A stretch of DNA of 62,000 nucleotides, taken from positions 4,235,229 to 4,297,228 of the forward strand of contig MU053379.1 in NCBI GenBank assembly GCA_013239625.1, written 5' to 3'. Every line of letters starts with the position of its first letter. Positions within the stretch are counted from its first letter, which is position 1. Under the pieces are notes generated by a model. That model made no database searches. It saw only the letters and a list, made by a program, of their open reading frames with translations, and was not told where the DNA came from. Source of the DNA: Lama guanicoe (lineage: Eukaryota). Positions 52,401 through 62,000 of the stretch are shown here, one piece after another. Position numbers and translations under genes: made by a program.

Positions 52401-54324
52401 CAAGTCCGTCGGAGGCTCAGAAGAGCAGCTCAAAGCGGCCCCAGCGGGACCCAGAGGCACGCAGGGGCTGATTTCAGGAGCATCCCTTAGCTCTCCGTGG
52501 ACCATCAGGACCAGGTGCTTTGAAAGTGGAATTTCTCCAGCTGGAGTCCCTCAGCAGATACACACACACACATGCACACCTGTCAATGCCTGAGAAACCA
52601 GCCCATCCCCGTGGGGGAAATGAGGCTGCCTGAAGAGAATTTGCAGCACCAGAGGAAGACAATGTCCCGTCTCCGCAAAACTCAGGAGCGGGACGCACTG
52701 CCCCGGGGGCTTCAGGACGAATGAGGAGCCTCTGAAGTCAAGCTCATCATAACGGGGACATTTATTTCCTTTTCTGCCGTGTTGATGATTCTGACTTTAC
52801 ACACGGACACTACATTTGGAGGGAGGAGCACTGTTTACTTCTTAAAACATTAAAACAGGGAAGAAATGCGTTGAGAAAATGTCAGCATACGTGCAAAAAG
52901 TGAGCGCTCCCTTTGTTCTTTCCCCCACAGGGCAGCGTGAAGGCAGCGAACGCACTTTGGGGGAAAGGCAGCCAGACTCACGGGCCCTCCCACCCGTGTG
53001 GGCTGGTCTGACCCCCGCTCCTTTCTCAAGTCTTTCTGGAAAGACGCCTGGAGGAGAGAGAGAGAACTCTGCCCTCTGCTCAGAGCCCGGCGGCAGGAGG
53101 CCGGGTCCCCACAACTGACACAACCGGTGCTGCTCGCCCCGCCTTGGGCGCCCCCCACCCCGCACGGAGTCAGCTGGGAGGCAGAACCACCTGGGCGAGT
53201 GTGTGAACAGCAGGCCTTCCGAGGGGCGCGCCTTCCGTCTCCGCCCTGTAAGTCCGTCAGGGGATGATTACAGTCATGGCTGTCTGGCTCCCTTCCCAGC
53301 AATTCTGATAAAATTGTCTGGGGGCTGGTGGGCAGGGCGGGGCTGGACACACGAGTCTTTAAGACGGGCTCCCTGCGATGTGAATGTGTAGCCGGTGCTG
53401 AGACCCACGTACGAGGAGAGGGGAGGGGTCCCCACACCTGCCAGCGGGTGGCGAGGGCCCCTGTCTGCGTCCTGCAGGCTCAGCTCTCCCTGACTCACCG
53501 AGGGCCCAGGACTTGGAGCTGGGTCGCTCCGGAGACCGAGGCTCAGGAAAGGAAACAAGGCTGTCTCCAGTGGAAGCAAAACCTACACCTGCCGGCGACC
53601 AACAGATGACCCTGAGTGTCCCCAGTATTTTTTTTTTAAAGAAACAGACCCCAGTGAAGAGCACGTGCTCCCACCTCCTGTAACTGCATCGCCCCCCGCC
53701 CAGGCTGCTCCAGGGCCCCGCATCCAGCGTCTCGCGCCAGGCCCTCGCGCTGCCGGCTGAGCGTGTGGTGGGATTTTGCAGCTCTGCGCCCCCCCGGCTA
53801 CCGGTCCCCCCTCGATCCTCTGCGCACAAGTGCTGTAGGCCGTTGAGCCTGGGCGCCAGCTCTGTGGGCCACCCCCATCTCCTGGGATGAGAAAGGCGGG
53901 GGCTGGGGGCTCTCACTGCAGAACTCCTTCCCTCCCGTCCCTCACTCTGAAGGGTCAGGCTTCATACCAGGACCTGGCAGGTGGAGACAATGAGAAAATG
54001 AGTGACAACCAGCTCAGATGGGGGGCGGGGCTGGAGGGATGCTGGGTCTTGGTGGGGTCTTCTCAGTGCTGACTCCCCCAGGACTACGTCTGAAAGTGAC
54101 TGCAAAGAACAGCAGGGGTTTGTCAAGATCGAGGATGCCCTGCAAAAGGCATCGGGCGATAACTTCCAGAACTCTCCTGCTAGCTTCTTGGAAACCCACT
54201 CGAGGGCTAATGAGAGCAAGCAGAACCCAAACAGCAGTACATGGTTATGCTTGGCTCAGGCCTCCCCCGCCGGGGACCGGGTTTTGTCTTCACTGGCTGG
54301 TTTCAGAGTTCGATGACTCCAGCA

Positions 54325-54435
54325 ATATTGTCCCCACTTACAGCTGAGCTGGCTGCGCTCAGAGAGGCTGGCTCGTTTACCCAGGGTAACACAGCCCCTC
54401 AAGGCCAGCGCTGGGTTCCAAGCCGAGACTGCAGG
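54325..54435 (-). mobile_element. MIR SINE
   Basis: TATTGTCCCCACTTACAGCTGAG...GCTCAGAGAGG...CCCAGGGTAACACAGC. Confidence 0.7.
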
Positions 54436-57400
54436 ATTTGAGGCTGCGTGACCTCCAGCGACAGCGGTCAGCAGTCACTTCTTCATTAAAATCTTTCCCC
54501 GGCAGCGGCCTCACTGCCGCCCTCCCCCCCGCGCTTGCCAGCTGTGCCTACTGTCGGCTACTCAACACCCTTCTTTGCATCTCGGGGTCAAGTCCTGGGC
54601 TTGTCACCCTCAGGCCCGCTCCAAGGCTCTCCAGAGAAACAGCCTGGGCAGGTACGCCCTCCTGACCCGGGCCTTTCTCCCCTTCCTTCCCTCCTGTTTA
54701 CTTGCTGAGCCCTACCTGTCCTCCGGGGGAGCGTGGAGGGTCGTGACAGTCACGGGGCCCAGCAGACCCTGGGCCACTCATCAGCTCTGCAGCGGGGAGC
54801 CACGGTCCCTACAAAACGGGGCTAGGAGGTTGCGAATGCGGGATGGAGAACAGAAAGGGCCAGAGCAGGCTTGGTGTTTAGCACAGCAGGCTGTTAAACT
54901 CGAGCCGCAGCCAAGGAGTGGGTCTGGGCCAGACAGGTTCTGTGCTGGCCTGGGCTCCGTCTTTCCGCACTAGGTCAAGCTCTCTTCGCTTGTCTGAACT
55001 TAAGTTTCTCCCCGTGCGCCCCTCCGCCACCCCGCCCCACACCCTGCTCTGGAGCCCCTGGCACCTCCCAGCTGGGGCCGCACAGCGTAGCAGGCCCTCC
55101 TCCTCCACGCGCTTCAGCTGTGCAGCAGGTCGACTGTCAGTTCTTGAAGACAGTTGGCGGGCGGGTTTTACGTGTCTTGGACATCGTGCTAGGAGCACAG
55201 TTGGGTAATGGGGCCATGCTGGCCACTGGCCTCTTTGAAACAAAGCTCCAGAAGGTGATGCCGGGCAGTGCTTAGGAGAAGCTCAGACGCCCGGAGCTAA
55301 CGCTGCCCGCCTGGGTCTGCAGCGCCTCCTACGCCCAGAGTGGGCGCCCACCGGGTGCGCCCGCCACACACCTGGCCTGGGTGCGGGACTGGTCCCCGGC
55401 TGCATGCGTACCCGGGAGCAGCTTGACTGAAGCAGACGAAAGAATCATCAAAGCGGCATTTTCCTTCCGTGGGGCAGAAGGTCCCCGGGGAAAGGCAGGG
55501 TTATTCCCGAGGGCCTGCAGGCAGGGGGAGCGCCGCTGTGTTCCTGAGTGACGCTGCCTCCCCGCGGGCGGGGGTGGGGGGCTTCGCTGAGCGCTAGGAG
55601 CCCACGGGCTGTGAACCCAGCAGTATTTACGTACGCTGGAAAATAGACACTGACATTAAGTGATCAGCACCGTGGCTAAGACAGGACTTCATCAACTGTC
55701 AAGAGCACGACAGAACTGCTAAGACTAAAGTCTAAAGCAGAGCACACGCGCTAACATCGATGAAATCGCTTACTCGCTATTTTTCAAGTTAAAGTGGACA
55801 CCTTGTCAAAGCAGGTTAGTCAAGTTCAAATCAGCTCATGGTGACACTTTCCATCTTCCCGAAGATGGTTGCAAAGAATACCACTTTCAAGCGTCTTGAC
55901 CTCAAAACAGGCCTTCATCCTCAACGATGCCGAAGCCCTCTGGGGCTGCCTGTGAAGAGCCGTTCCCGGGGGGGGCAGGTGAAGGCGTGCGGAGGCCCGA
56001 GGAGCCGCTGATTAGAGACAGTGGGGGCAGGGCGGGTCTCTCAGGAAGCGAGGCCCCGTCGGCTGTGAGCTCGTTGTGCTGCAGGGTGAATGTGCCGTCG
56101 CTCTGCCACGATCACAGGACACAACACAGTGCTCTGAGACATGCGACCCCGTGGGGAGCGAAGAGCCCGGGACGTTTGTTCCCAGATACTAAAGTATTTC
56201 CTTAAACATGGATTTTTCCAAAGCACATCCTCCCATCTACAATCACATTTTAATCTCACAAGTCTGACCAGAAAATCCCTTTGAGAGACTCGTGCTTCTG
56301 GACTATTGGTCGGTGATGGGCCCCCAGAAAGGACTTTGCAAACACAGTCTGGATGTGGAGCCCACCCACAAGTCCGGAGCCACGGGGCACCTTCTGGAAG
56401 ACGCGCAGAATTCTTAATGACCGTGACTTGTGTTTTTACAACCTAGTCTTTGAGGTCTGAAGGACTGAGTCTCAAATATTAAAATAGCAAGCCACGTCGA
56501 AAAATCAGAGCATTAGTAGCTGCGAGGCGGCCCATCAGCAGTGACGTGGGCATTTGACAACACCCGCCTCAGAGCGGTGTTTCGTCGAGGTCTGGGCATC
56601 AGAGATGAGTGATGCTTAAGAGGGCGGCTCCCGAGCCTGCCGAGGTGGGCTCCCGGATCCCGGCGTCCCCTCTACACTCCAGCCCTGCCCTGCAGAGGGA
56701 GCCCGCCTCCCTCAGCCGGACGGCCCTGCGGGGTATGAAGCCAGGAGGCATCGCGCCTTCGGAATGTCTCCCTGACCTTTTCTGCTCGAGGGGGTCTCGG
56801 ACCCAAAGGTCAGCTGTGTGGTGTGCGAGACAAGAGTGGTCTCCTTGGGTCTGCTCGGGGCTGGACAGGACACAGGGCCGGGCAGGTGCTGGCTCTCTCC
56901 TTCGGTTCACAGCTGAGCACGTGCGTGTGGGTGGGCACCTGCGGTGGGCACCTGCGGCCTGGCCTGGGGGCTGCCGAGCAGGCCCTTCTGACTCTGCCTT
57001 TCTTTTCAGTTCTAACTGCCTGGTCCCCTTCTCATCCTAAAACCCAGAATAATTAAAAGTTAGACTCAAGTCTCTTGACGTCCAGGGATATCAGATTTTT
57101 CCTGCATTTGCCAAAGGATGATTTTACCCAATTTTGGGGAAGTTTGCCAGAAAGACAAGTGATTTGAAAACAACTTGTGGTTTCTCTGAACTGAAATTCT
57201 TGAAGGAGAAGCATTGCTGATGCCATACACAAACGCACCCTACGACCCCTTTGGCGGGAAGTGGCTGGGCCGGCAGAGCGGCGGTCTGTCTGCCGGGCGC
57301 TGGGGCTCGGAGCGGGCCCGCCTGTCCCGGGCAGTCAGGCGGAGCAGACTCTGCCCGAGGCCAGGGCTGTGTGCTAGCGTCCAGCGCCCGGAGTCTGCCG

Positions 57401-59519
57401 AGTCCCGGCTGCAAACACAGCCAGAGCTGGTCACCCGGCCCGGACGGCCAGTCCCAGCTCCTGCGACGGGGATCCCAGCCGACCCCCCGTCCACTCAGAG
57501 CCTGGGGCAGAGCGCCCACGGCCGCCTAGGATTCAGGGGGGAAAGAGACCGAAACCCCAGGAGCCGTGACCAGCGCTCAGCGAGGGCGCGCCCCGGGGAT
57601 GCTAACGCCTGTCTCTCCTCCTGCGGGTGCGGAAGCGGAAGCCGAACCAGCTCCCGGTGAGAGAGAAACGCTCGCTTCCCGCATTAGGAAGGGGTTATCG
57701 GGCTCTGGGCTCGAATCCTGTTTCCAGAAGTGCGGCTGGGGTGTCGGAGACGCTGAGTGAGAAGGACGCAGCGTGGCCCGGCGCCCGCTTGACTCTGCGA
57801 CCCGGGTCAGTCTCCCAGGGCCGCTCCCAGCCCTGCAGCCTGAGGACCCGGAGCCGCCGGGAGGGACCCCGGGGCCCCTCCTGCACCGGCCAGGTTGTGC
57901 AAGGGGAGGGGGGCAGAGTGCTCCACGTGGGGGCTGCCCGCACAGACCCCGCCCGCAGCCCACCTGCCTCCCTCTGCCCCGGGACTGGCACTCAGGGTAA
58001 AACACCCACGTGCACTGGGGGCCACACCCCCACGTCCTGTCTGGCTTCTGTCGCTGTCCCGTTTTGGTGCACAAAGTGCCTGCCTTTGGTGTCTGTGAAT
58101 TTGTTTTGTTTGACATAATCTGGGCCAAACGTCCTGTTCCTTCTCTGTTGTCGATCGTTCCCAGCCTGGTTCTGAGAAGGCCATGCTCTCCTGTCCTGTC
58201 ACCCGCAGCTACAGAGAAACTGGGCCCCCAGCAAAGACCTGCAGGGACAGACCCGCCAAGACGCCAGCAGCACCTCCTGGGGCTCCTTGGGGGAGAAACA
58301 GCCGCTGGCGTGTGAGCTCCTCGGCTCTCCTGCGCAGGGCAGACCCCAGACTTGTGCCGTCTGCTGTAACCAGCAGGACAAGTGAGCGATCCCAGGCCAA
58401 AGGCAGCTCCTTTCTCTGGGGTCTTGCCCAGCTCCGGCCAGCGCTGCTCTCAGCCAGGCCAGTCTCAGGGGAGCCCAGAGGCCGGGGTCTCCACGTTGTC
58501 ACCTCATCAGCTCCCTGGGGTCTCGGACAAACACTGCCTTCCTAGCCAAGGAAATAATGTGCTCCTTGTGATGCAAAGCCCCCTGGGGAGACCGCGAGGA
58601 GCTTCCTGGCCCCACTTTGAGCGCAGCTGTCCGAGGCCCCTCCTGCAAAGCAGCTGGACGGAGCGCCCGGCGGGGCTCAGGTGGGCAAACACCGCTTCAG
58701 AAGGGAGAGCCGGGCGGGATGTGTATTCCCCGGGCGGGCAGGCTCCGCGTGGCATGGAGATGCAGATTTCCTCTCCGCTTCCGGTGTCACAGCCAGGCCT
58801 GGTTGGAGGCTTTTCAGAGCATCGCACCTGGACCACTGCTGCCAGAAAGAGAGCCTTGCGCTGAGCTTTCAGGAGGCGTTGGCTGGACTCTGGCTCTGAG
58901 TCCCTTCAAGGGAAGATCTTTAGAGGAGGGCCTGGGGCCTTTGAGCCACATTCCCCCACCCTCAGGGGCCACTCCTCCGGACACTCGAGGGGTGGCTCTA
59001 ATTGTCTCAGTGACCAGTTCGTGTTTGAAGATTCCAGCCTCCGCTCCTTCCCCTCTTTGCTACAGACACGTCTTCAAAACAAAACAAAACAAAACCACTT
59101 CAACGTCTTGCCACTGGGACTGGCAAGACCCTGCCGCGGCTCCCTGTGATCTGCGAATCACATTGAAGCTGATTCTCTGGGCCGCCCACAGGGCCCCCAA
59201 ACATCATGTCCTCACGGCAGCGCCCTGCCGTCCGGCCCGGGCAGGGTGCACCCCCCGCCGCCACTCACACAGTGCATCCGAGCGCAGAGCCAGCCCGCCT
59301 CGCCGGCTGGCCCGGTGCCTCATGTGCAGCCTTAGCTTTGAATCCTGCTCTGCCCCGTGCACACGTTTTTAAGACTCTCAACAGGAGACTTCCTGCTGCC
59401 TGGCCCACCCACAGCGTCCTCCTTGGCACTGCAGCCCCGGCCCCTGTTCCCACTCCAGACAGCCGCGTCTGAGGCCAAGCCCTATTTGTCTTTATTTCTC
59501 CTTGCAGACTTAAAACAAA

Positions 59520-60100
59520 ATGTTTTTATTGAGGCGTAGTTGGTGTACAACATTGTGCTAATTTCCTGTGTGCAGCATAGTGGTTCAGAATCAAAAAGCA
59601 TATGTATTTTGTTTTTCATATTTTTAATTATAGGTTGTTACAGGATATTGAATACAGTTTCCTGTGCTACACAGTACAACCTTATTTTTTTGTTTTGTTT
59701 TATTTTTTAGGACCTTTCTGTTTGTCTATTTTATGCATGGTAGTCAGTATCTGCAAATCCCTAACTCCCCTTTTCCTCCCCACCCCCTTCCCCACTGGTA
59801 AGCGCCATGCTGTCCTCCACAGTGGCTGCCAAACTTACACCCCCACCAGCAGTGCGGGAGGGCTCCCTTCTCCGCAGCCCCCCCAGCACTTGTGGTTTGT
59901 AGACTTCTTAATGGTGGCCATTCTGGCTGGTGTGAGGTGATGCCTCACTGTGGTTCTGATCTACAATTCCCTGATGATGAGCGGCCTTTCACGTGCCTGT
60001 TGGCCACCTGTGCGTCTTCTTTGGAGAGACGTCTGTTTATGTCTTCGGCCCGTATTTTAATTGCGTTGTTTGTTTTTCGATACTGAGTTGCATGAGCTGA
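59520..60100 (-). mobile_element. L1 3' fragment with an internal deletion near 59800 (3' UTR joined to ORF2 sequence)
   Basis: TTTATTGAGGCGTAGTTGGTGTACAACATTGTG...CCCACTGGTAA, then CCATGCTGTCCTCCACAGTGGCTGC...ATGGTGGCCATTCTGGCTGGTGTGAGGTGA. Confidence 0.85.
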
Positions 60101-60189
60101 TAAACTCGTGTTTTTGGTCTGTTTGTGCCTTCACTTTGTGAGAAGGGACTTTGGCATGCTGTCAGATTTCCTGAACCCCATCTTTCCTG

Positions 60190-60400
60190 CGTGTCGCTGA
60201 CTCTCCGACTCCAGATGTGACGATGCCATGCATATCCGGTTACTGCTGGGGGAAGGGCCTTTCGATGGCAGCAATCTGTGGGATTGCTGACTTCCCAGCC
60301 TCCTTTGCCGTTAAAAGTGCTCATGAGACCGAGTTCCGCCAACGACACGTGAGCCGAGGGGACAGACGCGCTTTTCGGGCCTGGGGACAGAGCTTTCCTT
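60190..60400. mobile_element. Possible MaLR (MLT1-type) LTR fragment
   Basis: CTTCCCAGCCTCCTTTGCCGTTA...CATGAGACCGAGTTCCGCCAAC. Confidence 0.45.
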
Positions 60401-62000
60401 CTCTGTCTCACGTCAACGCCCAGGGCGGCCTCGGAGGTTCCACGCTGAGGGTGACTGGGCTGCTCTGTGGAGCAGACGCTTTCGGGCCCCGCCCTCCCTC
60501 CCCGTCACCAGGGGTCAGCGTGGCTGTGTTTGGACTCCACGCGAGTCAGAAATGCCAGTGTCGCAGCAGCGGGGAGCCCTGAAAGCACAGCCTCTAGGGA
60601 GACCCCGTCCTGCAGGCAGCCAGGCCCCTCCATCGCGCCGAGAGCCGACCCCACGCTCACTTGCTCTTCCGGGCACACGGGAGTTAGGGATTAGAACCCG
60701 CAAGGTGCGCCCCTGAGAGGGGACAACTTGGGTGGCCGGCAGAGCTGTGGGGCAGCACCCTGGGCATCGCTGGAAGGGGCGCGGGGTTGGGGGCAGTCCT
60801 CAGCTCCAGTGAATCCGGGAGGGCTGCAGGGTGGTGGGAGTGGGGGCAGGAAGGAGGGGGCAGTGCAGGAGCCATCAGGAGTGCCTCCCCACCCCATCAG
60901 GGTGCCCCTGCACCGGGCAGACAGAAGCCAAAGCCAGAGGCTCTCTGATTAGACACGAGAGTGGAAGGCAGGGCGGGAGACTTCGTGGCTCCACTGTCGC
61001 AGGACGTGATGCTGGACACCAGCCCCTCCCTTGACACCAAGCGGGCAGGCGGCCACCATGGTCCCGCCCCCACCCCAACTGCTGACAGGAGTTTGGAGGC
61101 TGCCTCTCCTGAGTCCCGAATGGTGAGGCAAGTCCTCCACATCTTGACACTTTTGGGGTGGGGCTCCCCGGTGGAAAATCGGGGTCACTGCTGTGTTAAG
61201 CACCAGTCGCAGCAATTTCCTTCCCCCGTGTCTCACCATCAGACCCGCTCACCCTGCAGACGGCTCCTGTGCGCCACTGAAGCCCTCCTCCAAGCCGGCA
61301 GCCTCACACTGTTGCCACACATGAAGTTCACAGACAGCACATGCTCCATGTCATTGAATAGCCAGCTAGTGTTCGGGTTTCCAACTGCCTCATAAATGCG
61401 GGGTTTTTTTGCATTTCTTTAAATTAGGAATCAAATTATTTCTGCATGTGGCAATAGGCTAACATGTTTGCAAAGTCTCCTTTAATTCACAGGGTCCCTC
61501 TCTGTCTCTCCCCCTCACACGCATGTACGGGTGGTCTTCCCTGCAGGAAAGCTTCCTTCCTAAACTCCGTGCCAGGGACACACAGGCTCGGCCCTCCTGC
61601 CCCCAACTCGGCCGGTGCCTGTCAGGGCACCTCCCCTTGGAGGATGAGGCAGAGCAGGGGCAGCCCCGCCCAGCACAGCCCCGAGAGCTTGCCCACGCTC
61701 ACGGGATGCTGACTCTTAACAATGCTACATACGACATGAAAAAACCGACAAAATGCAGGCGTCTCACTGTACGCGTGAAGCAGTGAGAGATCCTCTCTGT
61801 GCTGACTCTGCAGACGGCCACCTCCTCTACCCCCGCCATCTGTTTGTGAATCGTGGGCGAGAATTCATTAGGAAGACTGGACCTTCTGCCTGGTGAGGGC
61901 TCACGCTCGGGGGCGGCTGGGTCCAGCCTGTCCCGAAGGATTTTATGCCAGATTTGAGCAAATGTGAAATAAGTGCCCTGGAGCAGCCCTGGAGAAGGAG

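Noticed and set aside
10600..62000. Numerous 60-300 aa ORFs suggesting additional genes or an operon-like system
   Set aside because: None resembles a known protein family except L1 ORF2 debris. I see no consistent exon structure, and the composition reflects GC-rich non-coding DNA.

Overview
This is mammalian genomic DNA containing the FOXA2 (HNF-3beta) locus on the minus strand. The source is most likely a camelid, judged from four copies of a tRNA-derived SINE resembling camelid Vic-1. The only supportable protein-coding gene is FOXA2: CDS join(7177..7091, 6084..4780), 463 aa. An upstream non-coding exon (donor at 8149) spliced to an internal acceptor at 7160 would give the 457-aa isoform. 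Downstream (1-2.5 kb) is a CpG island with FOXA/SOX motifs and a candidate first exon of the LINC00261/DEANR1 orthologue. The remaining ~53 kb is upstream gene desert with SINE, L1, L2, MIR, MER5 and MaLR relics, simple repeats, three assembly gaps and several AT-rich motif clusters that look like enhancers. I see no evidence for a new gene system, and the hundreds of other ORFs look like GC-content artefacts. The most interesting signal is evolutionary: an apparent region-wide AT-to-GC shift that is visible in old repeats and in FOXA2 amino-acid changes (including one in the forkhead domain), and possibly in the node/notochord enhancer core at ~23.35 kb, where the TEAD site appears to be lost. 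All comparisons to human, mouse or repeat consensus sequences are from memory and need alignment. Repeat boundaries are approximate.
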